The translations under genes and the position numbers were made by a program. The notes beneath the pieces were generated by a model. The model saw only the letters and a program-made list of their open reading frames with translations. It searched no databases and had not been told where the DNA came from. A stretch of 63,522 bases of DNA, the filler included, from Pirum gemmata (lineage: Eukaryota), in the NCBI GenBank assembly GCA_002812295.1. It is 28 parts of 28 records of this genome, joined end to end, with 100 filler letters (N's around TTAATTAATTAA, not from the genome) between each part and the next. Parts side by side here need not be neighbours in the genome. Positions count along the whole stretch, not along the records: positions 1 to 1,970 come from PDIN01009473.1; positions 2,071 to 4,015 come from PDIN01009474.1; positions 4,116 to 6,085 come from PDIN01009475.1; positions 6,186 to 8,139 come from PDIN01009476.1; positions 8,240 to 10,215 come from PDIN01009477.1; positions 10,316 to 12,297 come from PDIN01009478.1; 22 more parts are not named here. One strand, written 5' to 3'. Shown in pieces: positions 1 to 12,397 of this stretch (its first letter is position 1; each line of letters starts with the position of its first letter).

Positions 1-715
1 TACAAGTAGAACTACTCTAGCTAGCTAGTAGACCGGGCAGGGGTGGGGGGGGGGTCTATATAACAATTATTTGAGTAATTCGATACAATTAAAACTTTGT
101 TGTGTCAAAATAAATAGCACTCAACTAGACCGGCGGTGTAGAAAAGGATATTTAACAATTATTTGAGTAGTCTAATTCGATACAATTAAAACTTTGTTTG
201 GTCAAAATAAACAGTACTCAATTATAATATAAAGTTCAAAATACCAAATAAAAATAATCTATAGCTAGAAAGCTGCTACTAGAAGCATGATAATTACAGG
301 TTATAGTGCTGATGTTTGATGCTTTTTATTAAAAAAGGGAAACAAAAAAAGGAAAAACAGAAACACTTTCAACCAAATGATAGTCAAATGATACTCCAAA
401 TAGACTAATAATAAACACTTTAGTCAAATGATACTCCAAATAGACTAATAATAAACACTTTAATCTTCTTGATTTTAGATTTTTAAGCCTAAGCCTAAGC
501 CTAAGCCTAATTTTAAAGCCTAACCCTAAGCCTAAGTCTAATCCCTTCAAAGCCGAAGACCCTAACCGTAATCCTTAGACCCCCTACGCTCACCCTAACT
601 ATTAATAGAATTTAAATCCATTAATTAATTTACTTTAAATCGTTTTATTACCTTAAAAGCATGAAAAATTAGCAATCATACATTATTATAAACCATAGGT
701 ATCAATAGAGATTAA

Positions 716-762
<47 letters not shown>

Positions 763-772
763 TTAATATTGA

Positions 773-847
<75 letters not shown>

Positions 848-869
848 ACTAGTAGTAGTAGTAGTAGTT

Positions 870-911
<42 letters not shown>

Positions 912-1970
912 TCATAGCTAGCTACTAGCTAGCTAGTAGTAAACACTCTAATTCCTCTAGTAGCTAGCTAGCTAGCTAGCAGTAGATCATACCCGCAGGC
1001 TTCTTCCTATTCTGCTTTGTTTAAAAAATCGAGTTTTCGAGCCTATTTCTTAATTAAATAAGTTCGAACATTTTAAGCTAACAGTGAAGTATTCAAGTAT
1101 ATTTATTTATTTACAAACCCGAAAAATGGAAAAAATAATTTTCGAACAGGGCTGAATTTGGGCTTTTTTTTTTTTTTTTGGACAGCAGAAATTCTAGATT
1201 TCGGGCTCGAGCTAACCCCACCTACGATCACGTCGATCAGCAGCAATCAAACCAGTCACCAGTCCCCATTTCCTGCTGGTAATCAACTGTAACCTATCAG
1301 CTAAAAGCTGACCAGAACTACCCATTGTAATGAGTTGTAATGATTGTACCCAATAGGCCTCTCCCAATTCTGCTCAAACCCGAAAACTCAAATAATTTCT
1401 ACTGTCAAAACAAGTCAAAATTCGCTCCGTTCGAAAAATATTTTTTTTTCGTATTTTTCGAATAAATATATTTGAATACTTAATTGTGAGCTTGAATATT
1501 TCGAACTTATTAATTAATATATAGACTGGAAATCTCGATTTTTTTAAACAGAGCAAAATTGGGTCCAACCCTCTTTCATATTAATTACTTTAGAATATTT
1601 GGTAACAAATGTAGCCAAAAAAAGATATAATTTGATATATTTAGTAAAATAAGTTATGATTGTTCTAAATCAGTTCGTAATACTAAAAAAAGCAAAAAAA
1701 GTACTAAAAAAGCTAATAGAAATTTTAACTAGATCTTTGTAAAGATATTTTGATTGGAGGTTTTATTAAATTAAAAACCACATTATGATTGGGAATTTAA
1801 AAATTAAAAACCACAATATCTTTTTATTGGATAACTTTTCAGATGTAAATCTGAGTTGCTGTGTTGTATATTCTTTTACATGTGTTTATCATCTCCCCCT
1901 AACCTTATTAAACCCTAACCCTAACCCTAACTTTAACCCTAACCCTAACCCTAACCCTAACCCTAACCCT

Positions 1971-2070
1971 NNNNNNNNNNNNNNNNNNNNNNNNNNNNNN
2001 NNNNNNNNNNNNNNTTAATTAATTAANNNNNNNNNNNNNNNNNNNNNNNNNNNNNNNNNNNNNNNNNNNN
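1971..2070. other. Artificial contig spacer N44-TTAATTAATTAA-N44 (first of 27; core 12-mers start at about 2015, 4060, 6130, 8184, 10260, 12342, 14387, 16467, 18542, 20642, 22742, 24812, 28196, 30266, 32349, 34449, 36501, 38558, 40632, 42737, 44817, 46875, 50641, 52741, 54840, 56922, 58955)
   Basis: Identical 100-bp N/six-frame-stop linker recurring every ~2 kb; a standard device for concatenating unplaced contigs. Confidence 0.98.
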
Positions 2071-3067
2071 TAATAATAATAATAATAATAATAAATTCAG
2101 AGAAGGTATAAAAAAGGAAGAAGTAAGAGTGTTTTAAAAAGCTTTTAATTAAGCTAGAAATGCTAAGGACGCAAATGAATGAAAACAGAACGAAAGCTAA
2201 ACATGATAATAACTTATTTTTGTACTAAACTTTGTAATAACATTAATAAATTGTTCTAAAATTAAATTTAAAAGTCCAAATTTCAAGACTCTTACTCGTG
2301 TGATCTCGGGTCAGCACAATATTAATGTGTGTCAGTTCCTTCACTTGGCTAACTGATAAAAACTCCAATGCTTTCGGAATAAGTAGTTGACTTAAGGTGA
2401 GATTTCTTTCAGATATTGAGCTTTAGTTCAACTTCTAGTTGCGCTAAAGTACATTAATATTACTCCTTCCTCCTTGTCGAAACCACATCTTCAGCTAGAC
2501 ACAACGTTAACCTACCTGGTCATCTCGAAGCACTCGTTCAGCTTACCCTAGTAAGCGTTGGTGTTATTACAGCATGGGTGTTATGAGTGAAACGAGCTCT
2601 CTAACCCATCTAACACTAAGCTGTTTGTTGTCGTCTGTACTGACAATATTGTGCAGAGTATTAGAATGTCTTTTTTTTTCGTCATTCCTCTTTCTTCTGT
2701 CATAACTTTGTCAGTTTTTCCAACTATTCCTGTTGGCTGCTGTCTTTGATTCACGATTGTATGTAACCTTGGAAAGTAGCTAACCAAGTGGTTAATTCAC
2801 ATTTTTAGTTCCAAACCTGCAAACGAGACCTTCTGAAGATAATATTGTCATAGTTTGAAAGTTGTCTGAAATGACTGTTCATCAATTTGCATCAAATCTT
2901 CCATTAGCTCTCTTCATGCTGCTCCCTTTAGCCCAGGCTTCGTTCGGACTGAGGCTTCGGATCCTTCCTTTTTCAAAAATTTATGCTGATTAAAAAATTA
3001 GCCCCAAATAGTGTCAAAACAATCGATTATGATAATAAGGGGTAAATGTGGCTAAAGGGGTCAAATT

Positions 3068-3469
<402 letters not shown>

Positions 3470-4115
3470 ATAATATCATAATAATAGTAATAATAGTCTA
3501 AAATACTTCTAAAATCGTGTTTTTCAGTTGTTTAACCAAAGTCTAAATGACGTCACAAAAGTACCAAATTTGGTATTTTTTTTTAAAAAATAATAATAAT
3601 AATAATTATCTCTAGCTACGGTAGTTATTCTGCTCTGTTTAAAAATCGCGATTTTCGAGTCTATATATTAATTAATAAGTTCGAAATATTAAAGCTTAAA
3701 ATTAAGTATTCAAGTATAATTATTTATTAATAAACCCGAAAAATACGAAAAAAAAATTTTTTTTCGAAACGAAGCTGAATTTTGGCTTTTTTTGACAGCA
3801 GAAATTCGAGTTTTCGGGTTTGAGCAGAATTGGGAGAGGCCTACTTTAGACTAACTAGCTAGCTAGCTAGCTAGAGCGTGGATTACTGACAAAAGTCTAA
3901 TTATGTCAATTATTTCCAAATCGCTTTTTGAAGTTTGAACTGCCGAGCTCGTAGTGGAGCAATACCGAACAAGATAGTTCAAATAATACGTCACGTCAAG
4001 GGGTAGGTAGGTAGGNNNNNNNNNNNNNNNNNNNNNNNNNNNNNNNNNNNNNNNNNNNNTTAATTAATTAANNNNNNNNNNNNNNNNNNNNNNNNNNNNN
4101 NNNNNNNNNNNNNNN

Positions 4116-5768
4116 ATCATCTTTGTTATCATCTTTCTTATCAGTCCTTTTATTTTCTTTTTTATCATCCTTTTTATCATCCTTTTTATCATCCTTTTTT
4201 TCATCTTTTTTATCAACTTTTTTATCATCTTTTTTATCATCTTTTTTATCATTCTTTATATTTTCTTTTATATCAGTTTTTTTATCATCTTTTTTATCAT
4301 CTTTTTTATCATCTTGAATTTTCTCATCTTTAGTTTTTCCATCTTTGGTGTTGACTTTATCATCTTTACTTTCATATTCTTTACTTTCATATTCTTTAAT
4401 TTCTCCCACGGTTTCTATCATTTTGCCTGTAATATCATCTCGTTTCTGCTCACCATTTGTAGGATGTAGTGTTTGTTCAAGTGCAGCAATTTCATTTTGT
4501 AATTTTGTAATTTTTTCGGTTGCACTTTTAAACTTTGTTACTACACCATTTAAGTCTTTCTTTTCTTTCTTGTCTAGTTTCTCTCCCGCAGACATTCGCT
4601 TCTCATAAAACTTATAATTAAAAGAAAACTTAAGTTAGTAATAATTACACAAAAGTAATAATAATAATGATAATAATAATAAGTCAAAATAATTACGCCT
4701 TTGAAAACTAGTTTTTGTTAAATAGTTTAGATACAACATAAAGAAAACAACAGAAATGCAATACAAAGTTCCTAATGTACGTATTTACATTAATTCTACG
4801 AATTTCCTTTTGTTCAAGTTGAAATTATACACTAAAAGTTTAACTTAATTAAATTACTTATATTATAAGTTAGATAAATTACTTATATAATATAAAAGTT
4901 TAAGGCAAAGAAATTACTTACCATTTTCATGGAAGACATTCCTTTTATCATATCATTCTCTATATCTAACTGTTTCTTTAATTCCTTTATCTTCAATTCC
5001 GTTTTCGATAATTTTTCCTGCCGATATTTTTTAAAAAATAGAGATTAAGAGGTGTTTTTTAAGCAAAAACTATTATAGTAATAAAAACCAAAATGAAGAG
5101 CAAAACATGAATAAAATAAATAGTGAAAAGAAGTCAAGTAAAAATACTTACCGATGTCAGCGAGGAATGGGAAGTAAGTGTATGTCTCCGCTGTTATCAT
5201 AATATATAAATGAGTTGTGATTTAGTAAATAACTCAAAAATAGGAAAATAACTTTCTTTAATCACAACATTTCTAAAAAAGATGTTAAATGAACAAAAAC
5301 GAAAATGAAAAAATGAAAAAAAAATTTTAAATTGAAAAGGAACCGGAAAAAAAAATTGACCTCTTAAAAACCTGCATCAAACACTAAACTTAACACAAAA
5401 GCAAAAAATATTACAACTATTTCCAGATCGAAAAATCTTTAAAAATGATTTCTAACTCTTAACACGTACTGTAACACACAAATTCATTCTACCTTCACGG
5501 ATGCAGACGCACTCTTCCTTAACTTAAATTGGCTTTCTTCTCTTTCTTTTAGTTCAGCTTTCTGTTTGTTTACCTCTTTTATCCAGTTATCAACTTCCTC
5601 CTCAGTTCTATAGCAAAAGGTTAATGTTTCGGTGCCAATATGCATAGAGTGACTTATAGACAACGTGGCTGGGAACCCTTTTCGTTTATCAGAGGTACCA
5701 AATTGTGAAACAGACTTTGCTACCTCCAATTCATTTAAATTAATCATCCACTTATAATGAAATGACAT
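4116..5768 (-). CDS. Partial multi-exon protein: PH-domain C-terminal half + HR1 (Rho-binding)-like coiled coil + (KKDD)n charged tail; exons 5768-5493, 5190-5152, 5017-4922, 4610-contig end
   Basis: All four exons have AG/GT boundaries and join in phase 0. TLTFCYRTEEEVDNWIKEV fits the PH C-terminal helix. KIKELKKQLDIENDMIKGMSSMKMFYEK...KSATEKITKLQNEI resembles the CIP4/FBP17-type HR1. Confidence 0.75.
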
Positions 5769-6310
5769 CTGTCAGATAAAACGATAAACCATAATCAGAA
5801 AAACAGAAAGTAGTGCGTCAATTAAAGTAAAGGTGTTGGTGTTTTAGGTTAGGGCTAGGGTAAGGGTAAGGGTAAGGGTAAGGGTAAGTAAGGGTTAGGG
5901 GTTAGGGGTAGGGGTTAGAGCTAGGGGTTAGGGGTTAGAGCCAGGGTTAGGGATTAGAGCTAGGGGTTAGGGGCTAGAGCTAGGGGTTAGGGGTTAGAGC
6001 TAGGGGTTAGGGGTTAGAGCTAGGGGTTAGGGATAGAGGTTAGGGTTAGGGAGAGTTAGGGTTAGGGTTAGGGTTAGGGTTAGGGNNNNNNNNNNNNNNN
6101 NNNNNNNNNNNNNNNNNNNNNNNNNNNNNTTAATTAATTAANNNNNNNNNNNNNNNNNNNNNNNNNNNNNNNNNNNNNNNNNNNNTCTTATTCTTATTCT
6201 TATTCTTATTCTTATTTTTTTAATACCGCCCATGTTTTACACAAATTTAACAGTCGCCTTCTTAACAGCCGCCTTATGAAAAGATCGTCATCAACAAGAA
6301 GAACTACACC

Positions 6311-6356
<46 letters not shown>

Positions 6357-6545
6357 CCACCACCACCATCACCACCACCACCACCACCACCACCACCACC
6401 ACCATACCACACAACAATAACAACAATAATAACAACAGTTTTTATAACTAAATGTATCGTTTAGCTATTTGTATAATAAAAAAATAAAAAATATCAACCG
6501 ATTAAAAAGAAACTAATATGATGAATATTTCTTTTTTTATTTTAG

Positions 6546-6738
6546 GGGATGATTTGATTTCGTTATATTTTGAACACGCTAAGAAAACAAACCAGTCGCA
6601 TATTGCTACTGACGATTATTTGAGAGATACAATTCTTAATTTTATTATTGCTGGTAGAGATACAACAAGCGTATGTTATTATCTATTGTGTATATCCTAA
6701 TTTATTAGCACTTCTATTACTATTATTACTATTATTAC

Positions 6739-6778
<40 letters not shown>

Positions 6779-7618
6779 GTTATTATTATTATTGTGTGTG
6801 TTTGTGTTTTTTTTTTAGAATAGAGAAGGTTATAGTATTTTTATGTCGTACATGCATTGGCTTAGTGCTCCTGGTACGTGAACTGGATCTAACCCATAAC
6901 CCATAACCCTAACCCTAACCCTAACCCTAACCCTAACCCTAACGCATAATCCATAACCCTAACCATAACCATAACCATAACCATAACCATAACCATAACC
7001 ATAACCATAGCCATAACCATAACCCTATGACTAATACGATCAAAGTTACTGAACAGAAAATTGTTCCTATTCTTTGTTTTTTTTGTTGTTGTTTCAACCT
7101 AGTTTGTGTGTGTGGTGTATGTTAATTGCTTTGGCTTTACCTCCGTCAGTTTTTTGCTGCTGATTCTTATTCTAATAAATTATATAAATTAAAATAGTGC
7201 ACTATGACCAATATGATCAAGTTACTGGGTTTAAATGCTGATGTGAAAGAGAAATTATCGAGTGAATATTCTACAATCAAGGATAATTCCTGGGATGAAA
7301 TTAAAAAGTTGTCTTATGCTGATGGTGTGTTTAATGAAATTTTGCGTCTTTATCCACCGGTTTCCAAGTAAGTATTAAAACAAAATTAATTTATTATAAT
7401 AATATAATAATATATATAATATCTACTACTACTACGAGAACTACTTTTACTTCTTTCCGAAGATCAACAGTCTTCTTTTGTTGTCCATATCGGGCAATTT
7501 TTATCTCCATATATATGTTTGTTTGTTTGTTTGTTTGTTTGTTTGTTTGTTTGTTTACTTCTTTTCTTTCTTCATTTTCCCATTGTTTTGCTTGTGATTC
7601 CTTCGTTGCACTTTTTTT

Positions 7619-7649
<31 letters not shown>

Positions 7650-8131
7650 GTTTTTATATCTCATCTCAATACTACTTTATATACCATTATTATTACTATT
7701 GTTATTTGGGAAACTTTAATTTATATCATCATAATAGTGATTTTAGAATTTGTCAAAAAGATGATGTACTTCCGTCAGGTATGAAAGTATTAAAAGGCGG
7801 AAAAGTCCTTATACCTGCATTGGCTATTGGAAGATCACCAAAAATTTATTCTGAACCAAATCAATTTAAGCCAGAAAGATGGTTAAACGCCGCCAATTCT
7901 ATAAAGAAAAATAATGAGTACCAGCACCCTGTTTTTTGGGGAGGGCCGCGCGTCTGTTTAGGCCGTGACATGGCCAGGTACGAAGCGAAAGTTTTAACTA
8001 AAATACTCCTCGAAAATTTTGACTTCAAACCATTGAATTGTTCTGCCGATTTATCAGATCCTGTCAATTTCGCAACTGGACCTGTTATATTTTATCGCCA
8101 TGGTTTACAATGTCAAATTAGTAAAAAATAA
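6546..8131 (+). CDS. Cytochrome P450, 3' part (AGRDTT type, CYP86/704/52-clan-like); exons 6546-6670, 7198-7367, 7738-8131
   Basis: I-helix LNFIIAGRDTTS, K-helix EILRLYPP, FKPERW and heme motif FWGGPRVCLG; GT-AG introns in consistent phase; TAA stop at 8129-8131. Confidence 0.95.
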
Positions 8132-10819
8132 TAATAATANNNNNNNNNNNNNNNNNNNNNNNNNNNNNNNNNNNNNNNNNNNNTTAATTAATTAANNNNN
8201 NNNNNNNNNNNNNNNNNNNNNNNNNNNNNNNNNNNNNNNTATTATTATTATTATTATTATTATATATGATATAGCTATAGGTTAGGGTTAGTTAGAACTG
8301 TTGTAGAGCTGACTGTACTTTTTCGATAATAATGAACCATAAAAGAAGGAGTTCGAACGCTCGTATAATAGAATATTATATCAGAATGATGTATTATATA
8401 ATTATTTATATATATTATATGGAAGAAGGAGTTCGAACGCTCGTATAATAGAATATTATAATTATCAGAATTATGTATTATATAATTATTTATATATATT
8501 ATAAGTCCTTATCATATTTTTGTCAAAGCAAGAATTTACATTATATATTAATATTATATAATATAGACACTTTTTGCGGGATAAACAGATAATTGTGCGA
8601 AATCTGGTACTTTTGTATATAGAGTATATTATATTTTTGTATATTATATCACAATAATACAATGAATGTGACAATGTGGTGGTGGTCATATTATTATAAT
8701 GGTATTGATATATTGATATAATATTATTGATTTTGATTTTATTATTGTTACTATTAGTACTATATTATTGTTAAAATGATTAATTAATATTTATATTTTT
8801 TAATTAAAATATTATTATTAGTGTTATTATTATTATTATTATTAATTTTAACATTAAATTTTGATCATTCACTTGTGAGTCTGCCGGAAGCCTATGGTTG
8901 AAATAGTGTTCTTTATTGATTGTTTCTCTCTCTGAAAGGTGTCGAATGGAGGTGTGTGGAGTGTGGTCTATCATAACTAGCTAGATATATTATATTATAT
9001 AATTATAATAATTGTCAATTAATTATTAATATTGATTGTTAAATTGTTAATAATAATATTATTAGTATTGTTCTAATTATTAATAATTGTTATCAATTAC
9101 AATTGTTAATGATTAATAATTAATAATTATTGCTCATTGTTCATTGTTCATTGTTCATTGTTAATTATTAATTGTTAATTGTTAATTATTGTTAATTGTT
9201 AATTGTTAATTGTTAATTGTTATAATTAATTGTTGATTTTTGTTTGTTGTTTGTTGATTACTGATTGTACATGTTAACGCTAATTGCTGATTATTTATTG
9301 TTGAATAATATTACATTGTTAATGTTGATTGGCAATAATTATTGAGTGGAAATTGTTAATTCGTAATTGTTAATAACAATTAGATCATAATTGTATATTG
9401 TTAAGTATTGTTCTTTGTCAACGTTTATCTATCGTTTATTCTTAATTGTTAATTATTGTTAATTGTTAATTGCTAATTGTTAATTATTAATTATTGTTAA
9501 TTAATTATTGTCCATTGTTAATAATTGTTGTTGATTTTTAATCTCTAATTGCTTTAGATTTGTTATTAAATTTTGTTATTTTTTATTAAATTTTGTTAAT
9601 AATCATAATTATGCATCGTTAATTAATTATTTTTCATTGGTAGTTTATAACCTTAAATAGCTCTTAAATTTCACTTTTAATTAAAAAAGATGTAATTTTA
9701 CTTGTATTAAAAATTTAATGTTTACAAAAAAATAAATACTTATAATATTATAAACACTTATAACTGGATAATGAAGCAATAGAAGCGATAATTGCGGTTT
9801 GAATTCCGAGTAAAAATAAAAATAAAAAAATAAAAAAACAAATTGGAATTATCCAAGCTGCCAGCTGCCTCTACTAGCTAGTAGTACTGCTTTTCTTCAA
9901 GTTATTTTAGTTTATTCAGTAATGAACTTTTGACAATAAAAAAATACAAAGTAAATTTTAAACAAACAAATAATCTCTCAAAAAAAGGTATAAATACTGA
10001 ACTACACTTTTTAATTGACCTAAAAAATATATACAAAATTATTAATATTATTATCTAGAAAAATATACATAATTATTATCTAATTGAAAAGTTAAATTTT
10101 AATAATATTGAAAAATTTTATTACATAATTAAATTAAATTATAATAATTATTACATAATTAAATTTATTTATAATCCCATTATTCAAAACTAAACAAAAA
10201 TCAGTGATTAGCAATNNNNNNNNNNNNNNNNNNNNNNNNNNNNNNNNNNNNNNNNNNNNTTAATTAATTAANNNNNNNNNNNNNNNNNNNNNNNNNNNNN
10301 NNNNNNNNNNNNNNNAAAAAAAAAAAAAAAAAAAGTTACTGGCAGAAAAATAGACTCGAAAAATATACAAAAAAAAACCACTGGCTATTAAACGGCTAAA
10401 AATCCCTTATCGAACAAATATGGGAAAAAAATCCGCTCCATTAATATTTAATTCGCTAAATAATTTCATTCGCCGATCTAAATGAAAACCAGCCAAGTTT
10501 AAACCAATTATTGGGCTTTAATTTTTGAATAAAAAATGTTGAAAAAGCGCCGAAATAGCCCCTAAAATAGAAATCTAGGAGCCTAAAATTGAAATCTAGG
10601 AGTCTTAAATTGAAATCTAGGAGCCTAAAATAGGGAAAATGGCAACCAAGTTGAACTCAGAAGTTGACCTTGAAAAAAAAAAAAAAAAAAAAAAAGCCGC
10701 GAGCCACTGGATTTTTAAACCTTTTCTGAGCAATAATTTGGCTGTATTTTGTCAGGTGCATTTTATTCTCAATACTTCAGTTTTTGAACTGGACACACTG
10801 TTGAAAAAGTGTTGAAAAC

Positions 10820-10859
<40 letters not shown>

Positions 10860-10860
<1 letters not shown>

Positions 10861-11087
10861 TACCAAGCCGGATAAAAATGGGGACATTCGCCATATCATA
10901 TGAGCCCAAAATTCCAAAAAATTCCAAAATGATCAAATTTTATTGTAAATACTACCAAATGTTTTCAAATTTTTTAACTAAAAAAACTCTATTATGAACC
11001 AATGGCTAGTTTTTAAAAATAATTTGGTTATTTTTTTAGAAAAAAGTCTAAAAGTAATGATTTCTACAGTTTTACCCAGCTTGGCTG
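10860..11087 (+). mobile_element. MITE family D, TTAA-flanked (piggyBac/Kolobok-type target), TIR C..CCAAGCCGGATAAAA; other copies 22184-22423(-), end at ~59550-59571, internal fragment ~60180-60225
   Basis: TTAA|CTACCAAGCCGGATAAAA...TTTTACCCAGCTTGGCTG|TTAA; homologous interior in the 22184 copy. Confidence 0.75.
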
Positions 11088-12397
11088 TTAATAAAAAAAA
11101 AAAATTAAGATAATAGTCAATCCTAAATGCTAAGTGGAAGGTTGGTTCGTTCATTTCCGAATGGAATCTAAAATCTAATTTTATTTTATCGACTCTGAAT
11201 ATTTATTTGGAGGGTTATAATCTTTAAATTGACATTTTTCAATTAATATATAGATAATAAAAATACCAAATTAAATTAAATGAATTTATATAATATTAAT
11301 TTGGTACTATTTATTGTATATTTATGATGAGAAAAATATAATAATATGATATATCACATATATATAGATAATATTATCAACTAGATATTATCATAATATT
11401 AACATTATACAAGTATTATATATAACCAAATAAAGGAAAAACTAAGACTTTTTAACCATTTTTAGTAATATAAAAACCATAAAAATAAGACTTGAAATTC
11501 CTATTTTTAAAAGACACCTGGATTTCTTAATTGCGTAGATATATAATTTAATATTATGTTGATAAAAATATCGATAATTATTTATATTGAAATGTAGACC
11601 ACTGGGGAGATGCGGGAAAACCATCGAATCGAGTCTAGTTCGAAATTTTCGAAATTTTTCGATTTAATTTAAATATTGACTCGTTTTGAAATTCTTATGA
11701 AAAACTTGAAACTCGAAATTTCAAATTTGTTATCATACTATTTAATAAGGGAGAGTTCAAATAATCCGTCACGTCAAGAGGTAGGTAGGTAGGTGGTATT
11801 TGACCGGAAATTAACGTCGAGGGGTATTTGAAGCTGTGTCTGAACGCTCCCTAATTATATCAAGCTGTTTGATTTGATTTTGTTTCCCAGCATCTCTCTG
11901 ATAAAAATCATAACCAAATACGACTATTATTACCAGAAACAGCTCGATTTCTTTTTTCTTTCAAAACAAAAGGCTCATAAAAACAAAACCAAACACAAAA
12001 CACAAAAATGCTTTTTCGAACAAAGATATTTTAAAAATTTATTATTATTATTATTATCGATATTATTATTATTATTATTATTTTATTAGTAAAACCCATC
12101 ATTGAATTCAGTGCTATATATGTAAATATATAATTATAATTATATATATAGATATAATATATATAATATTATATCGTCGTCATAAAATATAAAATAAATA
12201 GTACCAAATTAATGAGATATAAATCCATTTCATTTAATTTGGTATATTTTATTATATATTCATTTATTTAAAAGTATCAATTTAAATATTATAAATANNN
12301 NNNNNNNNNNNNNNNNNNNNNNNNNNNNNNNNNNNNNNNNNTTAATTAATTAANNNNNNNNNNNNNNNNNNNNNNNNNNNNNNNNNNNNNNNNNNNN

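Noticed and set aside
1911..1970. (CCCTAA)n and (TTAGGG)n at contig ends as true chromosome ends
   Set aside because: Orientation is often wrong for a terminus (C-strand running into the 3' end) and identical arrays occur inside introns; contigs simply break at repeats
2015..2026. Regularly spaced TTAATTAATTAA palindromes as a biological array
   Set aside because: Always centred in exactly 44+44 N; an artificial linker
2100..2980. GC-richer stretch with one minus frame containing mostly TAA/TAG stops, suggesting a TAR=Gln code
   Set aside because: TGA stops also occur in that frame, no protein is recognisable, and bona fide genes (P450, PIPOX, COX11) end in TAA; probably decayed sequence
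8342..8500. Duplicated ~80-bp unit with GAGTTCGAACGC (B-box-like)
   Set aside because: No A box or tRNA fold; looks like a local tandem duplication
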